Positions 14,297 to 25,451 of a stretch of DNA of 64,000 bases are shown here, one piece after another. The notes below the pieces were generated by a model. That model worked only from the letters and a program-made list of their open reading frames with translations, was not told the DNA's origin and did not search any database. The DNA comes from Dudresnaya verticillata (lineage: Eukaryota), in assembly GCA_977862235.1 (NCBI GenBank), contig OZ374562.1:124001-188000 (forward strand), given 5' to 3'. The position numbers and the translations under genes were made by a program. Positions within the stretch are counted from its first letter, which is position 1. Every line of letters starts with the position of its first letter.

Positions 14297-14352
14297 GAAA
14301 TACAAATTTTGACATTATGATGTGCACACCATAATGTCAAAATTTGTATTTC
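14297..14352. repeat. Near-perfect 56-bp palindrome
   Basis: gaaatacaaattttgacattatg-a-tgtgcaca-c-cataatgtcaaaatttgtatttc; one mismatch. Confidence 0.92.
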
Positions 14353-15811
14353 CATGGAAGTACTTTCAAAATCGATGCGTGAGTATGTTTGCAGACCCAT
14401 AACATCTTGGTTCGCAAAATTACGCACCCAGAGGGGTATTGCAGGTGTCTTGCTGTAAGCAATACCGTTGATTTATCTGTGCAGAGACTTGGTAGTCCTT
14501 CTACTACTTTATCACAAACGGCTCGAGCCGGCTGATCTGATCAGAAGTCTACGGTCCAAGGCTACGATGCCTCTCCACAAAAATGTGTTGCGCCTCGACA
14601 TGCATTTTTAGTGTAACTCACAACCGCTACCAACCGTTAGTCGACTATGGTAGATCCACCATTCGTGCGCTCCGAGACAGTTACGAATTGAGTTTGGAAG
14701 AATCCTATTTTTCGATCACGTGTACTGTTTCTTCTGACTGTAGTTGTACTTAGGAATCGTCTGGTTGCGCCACTTTGGTATAAATATGCCCAGAGGTGCC
14801 CTTTCCGGGACCAGCGCCCGCACTTCGGAGTCTTCGGTAAACGCTTTTCATATGTGTTTCGATTTCTGGTAAAGCGTGTACTTCACGTATATGGTTTAGT
14901 TCCATTTTGTATTGCGTCTTGAATGCGGAGTTTCCCCGGTGATAATTATGTTTCAGTCCTCCCTTCCGTACACGTACTTGTTGCAAGTTTGGTCCTCGTT
15001 ACTCGGCAAATCGACCACGGCCACGGGTGGGTCTTCATGGTCTACCACTCAACCCAGATTTCCCCCGTTCGGCTACTTGGCCACCGTTTAAAATTAGAGA
15101 CTTACTCACGTTATGGTGGACTATTTGATATACTGCCAAGGAGCCATAAATGCCTCAAAAACACAATTGAAAGTGTGCGGGCGGAATACGGAGATAGCGG
15201 AACATTCTGCATCATGTATGTTTGCCACTTGGCTGGGAGAAACCGTCGAAGAAGATTTGGTGAATGTTAATTGTTTATTGGACTCCACAGTAGGTGCAGT
15301 GATAATGTACATGGCGGTTTGTGGAGACGGTGCTATGTCATTGATAATTGAAGACGCGTCGCGGATAGGTTTCATGGTCGTTTGTGTATGGAATCGCTAT
15401 CAAAATTGCGGTAAATTAGCTGTCCGTATGAATGATCTGTGAGAATGGTTCAGACAAGGCCGTGCTACCTGTGAGCACCCGGATCCAGACAGGTGTCCTT
15501 TTGCCGTTTGTGTTCTATGTAGATTGGAGCCCTTTTGCTCCATTGTGCATGGTGTGGCATGGGCGTGATGTACAGTTTTTCCCGCCCCGGCGTAAGCCAC
15601 TATTGTTCTGCAAGAAAACAATAACAATAAACGCGCGCAAAAATGCTGGACGTCATTTAAAATGGAAAGCACCAATCGTATCCGCGAAGATCAGAGCTGT
15701 AAGGGCGGTGCTGTTGCCGTTATTGGTGCGTGGGAAGCCCTCTTTTGAACTGACGGTGGGTATATTTATTTAAATTTTGGGCACTACACACACACCTGAG
15801 GGTGTAGGCCT

Positions 15812-15919
15812 TGGTCGCCTCTGTAGCCCCAGGGCAGCTCGGGGCGAGGTGGGACCGAGAACGGGATGTTTGCTGTAATGCATGGCTGACAGTCGGGCAT
15901 GAAATGCAAAGCGTGTCAC
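15812..15919 (+). repeat. 108-bp direct repeat, copy 2 (partner at 12852-12959)
   Basis: Same ungapped alignment, offset 2960 bp. Confidence 0.9.
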
Positions 15920-16817
15920 GGGACGGGACAGCGGAGCGGTGTAAGCCGCGGGGGGACCGCCGAAGACGTGCCGTGGCGTGCCGTGGCGTGCAGTGCGCGC
16001 GGCGCAGCGCTGCGCCGTGCCCCTTTCGCTCTCTTTTCATCATCATCATCACCATCATCATCATCACATGGCCTGATCCGCGCACAGTTCCACTGCGCTC
16101 TCCTGCTGCTGCGCACCCCGCGCCCGGATCAACGCGCCGCGCCGCGCCGCGGCACCCGCGTCCGCGTCCGCGTCCGCGTCCGCGCCCGCGCCCTTCAGCC
16201 CTCGCCCGCTCCCGCGCCCGCGCCGCCGCCGCTGCCGGCGAGACGGGACACAACGAACAACAAAAACAATCGCGCCAAGCGCTGCGGCAACAACAACAAC
16301 AAGCGCGCCCGAGCAGTCCCGTCCGCGCGGCGCGGCCACGCCCTAAAAATATCGCGCGCGGCTTGTGCGCGCGCCTGGCGACGGCACGGCACGGCACGCC
16401 ACGGCACGCCACGCCACGGCACCCCCGGCACGTGACTCCGCGCCCCACGGCGGCACATCCCGCCGCGCCACGGCACCTGCGCCGCAGCCGCGGGCGCGGG
16501 CGCGGCCGCAGGCGCAGGCGCAGGCGCAGCGCCTGCGGCAACTCGTCGCGGCAGTCCCATTCCATGCGCGCGCGCACCGCCACGCCCCACGCCCGCCGCC
16601 CCCCCCCCCCCCCCACCCCCCCGCCGCCGCTCCCTCCCGCGCGCGCGCGCCCCGTCCGAACACGTCACACGCGCGTGGTAACCACCCGAACACGGCCGCC
16701 GCTGCCGCCGCCGCCGCCGACGCTGCCGCGCGCGCCGCGTCCCGCCAGCCGACACAACCCGCGTCGCTCGAATCCGCGCGCGCGCACGCGCGCGCCCACG
16801 CTGCTCCCCAAATCCGC

Positions 16818-16826
16818 TTATATATA
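16818..16826 (+). promoter_or_regulatory. Putative TATA box for the bZIP gene
   Basis: TTATATATA is an AT-only island near the end of a CG-rich tract, followed by CA/CT-rich leader-like sequence. Confidence 0.45.
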
Positions 16827-16882
16827 CCGCGCCCGCCAGACCCCATCCCCACCTTCCGCTCCTCCGTAAACTCAAACGCACA

Positions 16883-16884
<2 letters not shown>

Positions 16885-16941
<57 letters not shown>

Positions 16942-16967
16942 AACTCGCACTGCCCCTTTTGTCACTG

Positions 16968-17005
<38 letters not shown>
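16885..17005. repeat. (CA)n and (CT)n microsatellites in the presumed 5' leader of the bZIP gene
   Basis: Directly visible. Confidence 0.95.
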
Positions 17006-17008
<3 letters not shown>

Positions 17009-17496
17009 CTCTCGCCTCCATCCGCCCGTCCACCCACCCGCCCACCTACCCACCCACCAACCGAGCTAATCCGTTGTCTCTGGCTCTGCCCAAATCGCGT
17101 CTCACAAACGCATCGTCGGTCCCCTCTGCCGTCCCTTCCGTCCCTATTTCCCAAAACGTCTGCAAACACTCTTTTGGTACCCAAACGCATCAACCTGTCC
17201 TGTCCTCTTGCTGCTTCGTTTCACGCAAATTCGCTTTCTCTCTTTCTCTCGCAACCCACCGTCTTCCTGTCTACCTCATCACCAAGCTTTCCGCAAACTC
17301 TTTTTTTTTTTTTTTCTGTGTTGCTGCCCCGCGTGTTCGGAATAGCACCAGCGCCACCGATCCCCGGCACAAACAGGACACGGCTCTGTCTGAACAAGCT
17401 GCGGTGACCAGTGTTGACACGACGCGAGGCACCGCCGCACCACCACACACAAGCGACACTTTTTTGTGTTGACCAGGCGAACATTGGGGTCGAGCA

Positions 17497-17982
17497 ATGG
17501 CCGGAAACTCGGGGTCGTCAAAGAAGGCGGACGAGCGGCGCGCGCGCAACCTAGCGTCTGCAAACGTGTCGCGGCAACGACGCAAGGAGCACATCGCGGC
17601 GCTGACGGACGAGAAGGCGCGGCTGACGGAGGCGAACGAGCTGCTGCGCACGCGGCTGTCGCTGTCGTCGTCGGGCGGCGTGCCCCCGCGTCGCAGCGGC
17701 GGCGCGTCCGGGTCCGGCGGCGGGCTCGGGCCCGGAATGCAGGCCATGATGCGCAAGAGAGACATCGACGACAAGGCGGCGCTTGACCTGCTCAACCGGG
17801 CGGTTGGCGGCGGCAAGGGGCGCGGCGCGCCGTACGACCGCGACGCGGCGAAGAAGTGGTCCGATGCGGCTAAGAAGGCGCCTAGTGATGTGGCGAGGCC
17901 GCTCAAGTATGGGAGCGGCGGGAAGAGCAGCGGGGGGAGCTCCAAGCCAGGGAAGGGGTCGTCTAGTGGGAAGAAGCGCTAG
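17497..17982 (+). CDS. Small bZIP transcription factor (161 aa)
   Basis: ERRARNLASANVSRQRRKEHIAALTDEKARLTEANELL matches the N-x7-R-x9-L-x6-L-x6-L bZIP signature; Gly/Lys-rich tail. Confidence 0.85.
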   Translation: MAGNSGSSKKADERRARNLASANVSRQRRKEHIAALTDEKARLTEANELLRTRLSLSSSGGVPPRRSGGASGSGGGLGPGMQAMMRKRDIDDKAALDLLNRAVGGGKGRGAPYDRDAAKKWSDAAKKAPSDVARPLKYGSGGKSSGGSSKPGKGSSSGKKR

Positions 17983-19187
17983 TTTGGGTCTTGTCGTGTG
18001 TTGGTGTGTTGCTGCTACTTTGTCCAATCTAACTGGTGTTCGCTTTGTTGCTGAGCGCGGGAACGGGGCGGAGGGGAAGGGTGGAAGAGGAGGAGGTTTT
18101 TGTGAAATAAGTCGCTGCGCTCTATGGGGTCGAGGTGGGTGCGTGGTTGCGCTTCTGTTTGCGACAGGGATGGCGACAGTATGGTATGTAGTTCGGGGCG
18201 TTTTGGTAATTGTCTTGTTCCCGCGGTGCTAACGGTAGATGTCTTCGCTAAAGTTTGACTACGAAAGAGGGTGTGGTGTGGTGTGGTGTGCGCGCGGCGC
18301 GGTTGCGGGCGGGGCGGGGCGGGGGCGCTGGACGCGGGGCGCTGGACGCGGGAGACTCGAAAGCGGTCGGCCTCCTACAGCAGCGGCTGCACGAGCGCGC
18401 GCGCGTGTCTCTCTCTCTCTCTCTCTTTTTGCACGCGCGCGCATGCAAAAAGATGGTTGGTCTCCAGAGAGAGTCCAAGGCAGCGCGAGAGCGACGGCGG
18501 CGGCGGCGGCGGCGGCGGCACACGACGGCGCAGCCGCGGACGGGTCGCCACGGACGCGCGGGCAGTCTCGCGAGGGCGCGCGGTGGAAACGTGGCGGGGG
18601 GGGCGCGGTGCGCTGGCAGGAAGCGCGCGGGCGTGCGGCCGCGCCTGGCGGCGGCTCGACGGCGAGCGCTGTTTGCGCGCGTGGGCGTTGACAGCGCGGC
18701 GCGCGCGGACTCCCGCGCGCGTCAACGGCCAATGGCCGCGCGCGCGATACGTCATGCGCGCGGCTGCACCGCGCTCGCAACTGCGTAGTTCCGCCCCAAA
18801 TTCAGCGGTGCGCGCCGTGTCGCCCGACGCGCACTCGCGTCAGTGCTGACGCTGACGCTCAATGTTTTCGAATTTCCAAAGCGCCTACTTCGCGACCGTA
18901 CAGAACCGCATGCACTAACCAATAACGTTGCGACAACTGCAGCGTTGACTCCGCGTCGTCAACGCGTCGTCAACGCGTCACCGCGCCAACAACAACCTGT
19001 CATGCCATGTCATGTCATGCCATGTCATGTCATGGCTTGTCACTCCGCTCGCCGCCGTAGAAATCATGACGTGGAGCCGGCCGGCGTCCACTGCACATAC
19101 CTTCTCGACTGATTTCAATCCCGCCCGTCGCAACCCTCCCAAGCCTCGCAAACCCCCGCCCCGCCCCGTCCCGTCCCGTCCCGTCGC

Positions 19188-19312
19188 CTCCGCAACCGCC
19201 CCGCCCCTCCGCAACCGCCCCGCCCCTCCGCAACCGCCCCGCCCCTCCGCAACCGCCCCGCCCCTCCGCAACCGCCCCGCCCCTCCGCAACCGCCCCGCC
19301 CCTCCGCAACCC
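19188..19312. repeat. 19-bp minisatellite (CTCCGCAACCGCCCCGCCC) x~6.5 just upstream of the malic enzyme ATG
   Basis: gcaa recurs at 19192, 19211, 19230, 19249, 19268, 19287, 19306. Confidence 0.95.
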
Positions 19313-19329
19313 CCCAAACAATCCAAACA

Positions 19330-20976
19330 ATGGCCGGCCTCCCCATCCTGCGCTCGCCGGCCTCCAACGCCGGCCTGCGCTTCTCCTTAGAAGAGCGCGC
19401 CGCACTACATCTGGAAGGCCTTCTCCCGCCGGCGCACCACACCCTGTCGCACCAGATCCACCACCTGCTGTCGCAGCTACGCGCATCGCCCACGCCGCTG
19501 ACGCGCTACCACCTGCTCATGCACGTGCTGGCGCGCGACGAGCGCCTGTTCTTCGCGGCCACGCAGGCCCATCTGCCGCGCGTGCTGCCCATGATCTACA
19601 CCCCGGCCGTGGGCGCGGCGTGCCAGCACTTTTCGGACCTGTCGCTGCCGCCGCGCGGCATGTGGCTGCCGGCCACGCGCGCGTCGCACCTGCCGCGGCT
19701 GCTGCGCAACTGGCCGCAGCGCGACGTCGACGTCATCGTCGTCAGCGACTGCGAGCGCATCCTGGGCCTGGGCGATCTTGGTGCAAACGGAATGCCCATT
19801 CCGGTCGGAAAGCTCCTGCTCTACTCGGCCTGCGGCGGCGTCCGCCCAGACCGCACCCTCCCCGTCGTGCTCGACGTCGGCTGCAACAACCCCGACGTCC
19901 TCGCCAACGACGCCTACGTCGGCCTTGCGCAGTCGCGCGTCACGGGCGACCTGTACGACGCCTTTGTCGACGAGTTTATCAACGCCGCGGTTGACCGCTT
20001 TGGCCGCAACGTCCTCATCCAGTTTGAGGACTTTGCCAACGCAAACGCCCTACGCTTGCTGCAAAAGTACCGCCACCGCGTGTGCTGCTTCAACGACGAC
20101 ATCCAGGGCACCGCCGCCGTCGGCTTGGCCGGCGTCCTCAGCGCCTTGCGCATCCCGGGCGTCGCCTCGTCGCTCCGCGACCACACCTTTGTCTTCCTGG
20201 GCGCCGGCAGCGCCGGCATCGGCATTGCCTCGCTCATCGTCCTCGCCCTCGTGCGCGAGGGCGTCCCGGAGGACCAAGCTCGCAGCCAATGCTACTTTGT
20301 CGACTCGCGCGGCCTGGTCTACCAGGGTCGTGACAACGTCAGCCCCGCAAAGGCCACCTTTGCGCATCAAGCCTCCCCAGAGCTGCGTGCCGTCGCCGGA
20401 AAGGGCCTCCTCGAGATTGTCAAGGTTATCAAGCCCACCGCGCTTGTTGGCGTCAGCACCATTCGCGGCTCGTTCAGCGAGGACATTATTCGCGAGATGG
20501 GCCGTTTGAACGACCGCCCGATCATCTTTGCGCTCAGCAACCCTACCAGCAAGGCAGAGTGCACCGCCGAGGAGGCATATACCTTCACAGAGGGCAGGGC
20601 CATATACGCGAGCGGCTCACCATTTGCCCCAGTCAAGCTGCCCGGCCGTGACACCAATCTCGTGCCTGGACAAGGGAACAATAGTTACATTTTCCCAGGC
20701 CTCGGGCTCGGCATCGTCCTCTCCAAAGCGAGGCACGTGCCAGACTCCATGCTGCTCGCTGCCGCGGACACCGTGTCAAAGCTTGTCGATGACGAGCAGC
20801 TCGCTGTGTCCTGCGTCTACCCAGACCTCAATTCGCTCATGGACATCTCGGCCCACATCGCCTATGCAGTTTGCCAGGAGGCCAAGCGTCTTGGCTTGAA
20901 TGACGAACCGGTCGATAAACTTGACGTTGACACGATTCGCGCAAAGATGTACGAGCCTGGCCGTGGGCAGGTTTAA
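19330..20976 (+). CDS. NAD(P)-dependent malic enzyme (548 aa from the likely ATG at 19330)
   Basis: IYTPAVG, DCERILGLGDLGANGMPIPVGKL, QFEDF, FNDDIQGTA, GAGSAG, ALSNPTSKAEC, GQGNNSYIFPG. The upstream in-frame extension is minisatellite-derived. Confidence 0.95.
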   Translation: MAGLPILRSPASNAGLRFSLEERAALHLEGLLPPAHHTLSHQIHHLLSQLRASPTPLTRYHLLMHVLARDERLFFAATQAHLPRVLPMIYTPAVGAACQHFSDLSLPPRGMWLPATRASHLPRLLRNWPQRDVDVIVVSDCERILGLGDLGANGMPIPVGKLLLYSACGGVRPDRTLPVVLDVGCNNPDVLANDAYVGLAQSRVTGDLYDAFVDEFINAAVDRFGRNVLIQFEDFANANALRLLQKYRHRVCCFNDDIQGTAAVGLAGVLSALRIPGVASSLRDHTFVFLGAGSAGIGIASLIVLALVREGVPEDQARSQCYFVDSRGLVYQGRDNVSPAKATFAHQASPELRAVAGKGLLEIVKVIKPTALVGVSTIRGSFSEDIIREMGRLNDRPIIFALSNPTSKAECTAEEAYTFTEGRAIYASGSPFAPVKLPGRDTNLVPGQGNNSYIFPGLGLGIVLSKARHVPDSMLLAAADTVSKLVDDEQLAVSCVYPDLNSLMDISAHIAYAVCQEAKRLGLNDEPVDKLDVDTIRAKMYEPGRGQV

Positions 20977-22812
20977 CTTCTACTGCTCGCTTCCGTTGTG
21001 AGGATGGCCCTGAGTCAGCCAGCCCTTTTTTTTTTTGTCTTGCAGCTTCATCTCACAGTTGACGTAATTACGCCTTCGACAACGCTCTGGGATAAGAAAT
21101 TGTGGGGCAAAAGGAGTTTTCACCACCACCGTTGGCATCATCATTGGCATCATCATCATCGTCATCATTGTCCAACATCAACATCAACAACATCAACAAA
21201 ACAACAGCAATAGCATAACGTTAACATGCTTAAGAAAAAGAAGGAACTTGGAAGATGACGTGAGTCATGGTCATCATGAGTTCCGCGCGTTTACGTAGCA
21301 GCCTATTCACATGGCACAGCTTCGGACAGCTAGTAAAGAAAGAAAGAAAGATAGAAAAAAACAAAACAAAAAACGCCGACCCAAACTTGTGTGCATCCTA
21401 CCGTACTCGTCATCTTCACAAGCACCACATCAAATCCAACGACCGTATCATTCTTCTTCAGAGTCGACATTCATTCTAGAAGAGAAATAATGCGAAACGC
21501 AGTCGGGGCACTTGAAAGCAGCACCCTACTGTCTGGAAGCCCCAAAGGTACGGATGGAAGAAGCGGTGCAACCGCTTGAACGTCAAGAGAGACCACAGTA
21601 GAAGGTGTCCGAGGCATGCTGCGGCTAGGAGCCCTTTCCCGTCGTGAACGGTGTGGTTGGCGTGTACGAGCACGGCCACGCGCAGCGGATGACGCTGAAG
21701 ATGAAGCTGACGCTGACGGCATCGTGGGCGATTGTCTGCTCACCGGGATAAGCAGGCTTTGCAGAGTAATGATGTTGTCGGCAACTTCGCAGCTGCTCCC
21801 GTCGTTGGAGAAAGCGGGAGAAAGCGTCGAAAGGATGTTTCGGATATCAAGAGGCAACTTTTGGAGTGTGCAGTTTCTGGTCGCCCTTTTTCCATTTCTC
21901 CGCCGGTGGATAGACGATGGACAGCTGTGTAGTATATCTCCCGGTCAAGGTTCAGAATCGAGGCAAAAAAATCAAACGGGAGAAGTAGGAGAAAAGGGCA
22001 ATCAGGCAACATGCCGTGTGTGTTATGTGATGGCGTCTGACTGGGGCGATGCAAAAGGAAATGCAACCGTCGGGGCTTCGCAGCCTCGTCAGTGTCCCTT
22101 CTGCTACACTTAAAATTCTGGGCCGCAGACACCCACGCTTCAGACTTTGCCACGTCCGCGATGTGCAATAAAGGAGCTGTGAATCTCCAACACAATGCCT
22201 GCTGTCGAATAATTCTTTGGGCCGGTTTAATGCCATTCTTCTCCATGCAGCCTTCTAGAAGCCCCGTTGGCCCTTGAGAACAAAATGCTCTCAAGGAGAT
22301 GGCGGTTTGGATGAGAGCAATAAAGAGTATTGGAATGCTCTTTTTTGTGCTGAATTACCGGCTCTGGGCCTTGTTCTGGAGTTCAGGAAGATGTTCAGAA
22401 GATGCTCATGGGCATTTTCATTGAGAGACCTTTTTGATAATTCGCAAACACAACAAGGAGTGCAATGCCACTGCGATTGTTGCTCCTGTGCGTGGATCGG
22501 ACTAAAGAAGCAGGAGCAGTCCTACAGCCCAACCAGCAGTTACACCGTATTCCGCGTCTAGGCCTGATCCAACAATGTTTCAAAGAGTACCTCATGAAAA
22601 AGCTAATCTGTCTGGGCCCTTTCAGCAAAGAAGGGCGGTACAGTTCTGCCGAGCACAGCAGCGCGTAGATTGCTGCAGTAACATGTTCCCTCCAATGCAG
22701 GCCTACTTGCCTCCCCGAAAACGACTGGTGATACACATGATGACACTCACTCAGCCGAAAAGCCCAGAACCGAAAGCCGTCCCGGCGCCTGCGCTTTTTC
22801 CAATGTGCTCAT

Positions 22813-24210
22813 CTAAACTACTGGCGTCTCCACAGCATCATCCAGGGCCTCTGTTTCTGACTCTGGACTGGGAGACGTTAACAGAGGGGGTGTGATTGTC
22901 GGTATTGGACCAGGAAAATCAGTACTAGCTGGGATTGGGCCTGGGCTTGCCCACCTGGCCTCAAAGGGGTCTGGAGATGACGATGCCGTCGGCGACTCCG
23001 ACGCCATACTTGCAGTTTCCACGCTAAGAAAATCTCCTTGTGAAAGCAGTGCATCTTGGGATGTTGGTGTCGGGCTCTCTGTTGCGAACGGGTCTGGTCT
23101 GACTGGGAGGAATGTTGCTTGGATATTTGAACCTGCTCCAGCAGACATGGTCGTACCTGGAAGAATTGCTGTGGGCACAGGCGGGAACCATGTCGCTGAT
23201 GGTGTCGGGCCCGGATCCTCGGCAACAGAAATTATCGTAGTATCTTCCGACGGTTGGTCAAGAGATAAAGCACTTGAGTCGCCTTGCGTGGCCGACGTAC
23301 CCCGGACTTGGACAGACGATGGTGATGGACTAGCACTTGCAACCAAGCTGTGGGACGGTGTGGATGATACAGTCGGTGATAGCACTGGGGTCGGTGTATG
23401 CGAGGCGGACGGGCTTGGCACTCTATTCCCTACCGTGCCCAAACCCTGCGAGTGTGCATCGGTGCCTGCATTGCCCGTCCCGGCGACAGGGGCCTTGGGA
23501 GCTGGGGTCGTAGATGGGGTTGGAGACGGTGAAGCTGTAGGAGACGTCGTGGTGCCGAGATTGAGTGAGGTAGGATTATCATCTGTTGGCTTCGATTCGT
23601 TTCCTGCTTTGAACAGCATTGACGACCCTCCCTTTGCTCTGTTCTGCGCAATCGAAGAACATGGCTTTGCAATTTTCTCGCAACAAGAATCAACTCCACT
23701 GCCCTTGATCCCGCTAAGAGCCCCCACGCTTATTGCATTGAAGATATCCCCGCAGTAGCGAGGACAACACATTGCGGAGGCAGAATTGGTCGCGCACCAG
23801 GACTCACGGTCAGAAGGGCAATCACGGCACTGACATACTGACGCTACCAGAGTGTCATCCTGATCCCCACTAAATGATGGGCGCCATCGCCCGTCTTTTT
23901 GCCGGGACGTGGTGGACAATTGCTGCTGCTCAAAGAAGGCTGCCACGATTCTTCCAAAGTCAGCGAAGTCCTTTGTCAGAAAGCAAACTTGCCCTGCAAT
24001 TGATATTTCCTTCTCTTTCAGCTTGGACAACAACTCCTCTGCCTCACTTTGACCAAGCTTCTTTGCAGCGACATACTGCGCCTTATCCAATGCTGCGGCT
24101 ACTTCCTGAACAGGTGCGCACCCTGCTCCTTGAGCATACACGGCTGTCAGAAAACTTAACAATGCCAAAAATGCGAGAAAACACTGACGTCTCGCCCGAG
24201 ACTCAGACAT
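22813..24210 (-). CDS. Secreted protein with a Cys-rich N-terminal domain and a long Ser/Thr/Pro-rich (mucin-like) tail (465 aa)
   Basis: Signal-peptide-like FLAFLALLSFLTAVYA; CQCRDC..WC..CC..YC..CC..C cluster; SPSPTP-type repeats. Confidence 0.8.
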   Translation of the reverse strand: MSESRARRQCFLAFLALLSFLTAVYAQGAGCAPVQEVAAALDKAQYVAAKKLGQSEAEELLSKLKEKEISIAGQVCFLTKDFADFGRIVAAFFEQQQLSTTSRQKDGRWRPSFSGDQDDTLVASVCQCRDCPSDRESWCATNSASAMCCPRYCGDIFNAISVGALSGIKGSGVDSCCEKIAKPCSSIAQNRAKGGSSMLFKAGNESKPTDDNPTSLNLGTTTSPTASPSPTPSTTPAPKAPVAGTGNAGTDAHSQGLGTVGNRVPSPSASHTPTPVLSPTVSSTPSHSLVASASPSPSSVQVRGTSATQGDSSALSLDQPSEDTTIISVAEDPGPTPSATWFPPVPTAILPGTTMSAGAGSNIQATFLPVRPDPFATESPTPTSQDALLSQGDFLSVETASMASESPTASSSPDPFEARWASPGPIPASTDFPGPIPTITPPLLTSPSPESETEALDDAVETPVV

Positions 24211-25451
24211 GGAAGCAGTGGTACTTGCAGCCTGTTTGAAGAAAGATCATGTGGGTGACAACAACCTGTGCATTTCGAAGGAATTCGTAAAGAGGAAACG
24301 TTTCGGATGGACAACGGCAGAACAAACCACTTGATCTACACGGCTGCTTCCAAGAACTTCTTCAAAGCTCAAAAGAGCTTTTTGAGAGGGAGGGATGGAA
24401 TCGCAGTGGCCCATACAGCAAAGTAGCCTTGCCATGGCTTTCGTAGACAACGATGTAGTGTTAGCAATATCTCCTTGCACCGGTTGAAATTCCAAATGGG
24501 TAGGGCCCGTGAGGAGACATACAGATCGGGCAGGCTGGAATGGGAACTAACACCTGGACGTTAGCTACGTGGGTGATCTGCGGTCAACGTACTTTGCCGT
24601 TGGACCGGCCACCCTTGCGCAGCATAATACCACCTCATTGCAGCAGTGGACAAGAGTTTTGTAGTTCAACCGTCTATGTCATTTGTCGTGTGGCGTTTGT
24701 CGAGCAGGACCAGCCATAGCGTGTGCGCATTTAGATGTTACTATGTATCGGTTCCATTCAACGAGGTTGGAAGCCTCATTGAGGAGCATGAGCCTTTCTA
24801 CGAAGACTCCGCGCATTGCGCTAGTTGGACAAAGTTGAATAACAGACAATGGTCTTCCGAGCAGTCCCAATCAAACAGTGCCTTACGCAATGCAAAGAGT
24901 GATAATCGTTAAACAGTTCTGGACATGCTGGGAGGCAAGTTTGATAGCTGTGGTGTTTTGATTTAGAGCCCTCCGCTGCCTTCTAGTTGCATCCTCCGAC
25001 AACAGCCTTTTTGCAATTGAAAGCCTTGTTCGAGCGTCGCCACCTGGATAAGGTAAAGCTTTGTCTCTCTCCATCTCTCTCTACCCAATTTGGCAGCCAT
25101 AAAGGCCCAGATACTAATCCCAAAGACTCGTGAATGCTGGTTGCCATAAACGACCATCGACTCAATTCTTAAAACATGGCCACATATCAATATGTACAAG
25201 ATACTTTCTGTAGTACAAACCTTCTTCATCCTTAGCGTTTACAATTCTCGCGTACAAACTTCTAAAACAAAACAAAAACAAGATCACCACAAGCTACACG
25301 AGACTGGCATCGCAACCGGGATGCATCACGAAACGCCCTTCTCATCGTACCTTGAGTACACGTACAACAAGACAGTGCCTCCTCAAAGCTTCACGCAACA
25401 GCTAATTACCTCCTCAACCAGACGTGTTAAATAACGCGACACGGCAATCGA

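Noticed and set aside
15720..17193. Long Arg/Pro/Ala-rich ORFs (up to 352 aa)
   Set aside because: Low-complexity GC island and microsatellite translations upstream of the bZIP gene
18239..18849. Overlapping ORFs in most frames on both strands
   Set aside because: GC-rich promoter-like island; no coding signature
19012..19329. N-terminal extension or transit peptide of malic enzyme
   Set aside because: It is mostly the translation of a 19-bp minisatellite (not a multiple of 3); homology begins near ATG 19330
21471..21857. Small minus-strand gene (MPSASASSS...)
   Set aside because: Short, low complexity, with no motif or clear splice structure; cannot be supported
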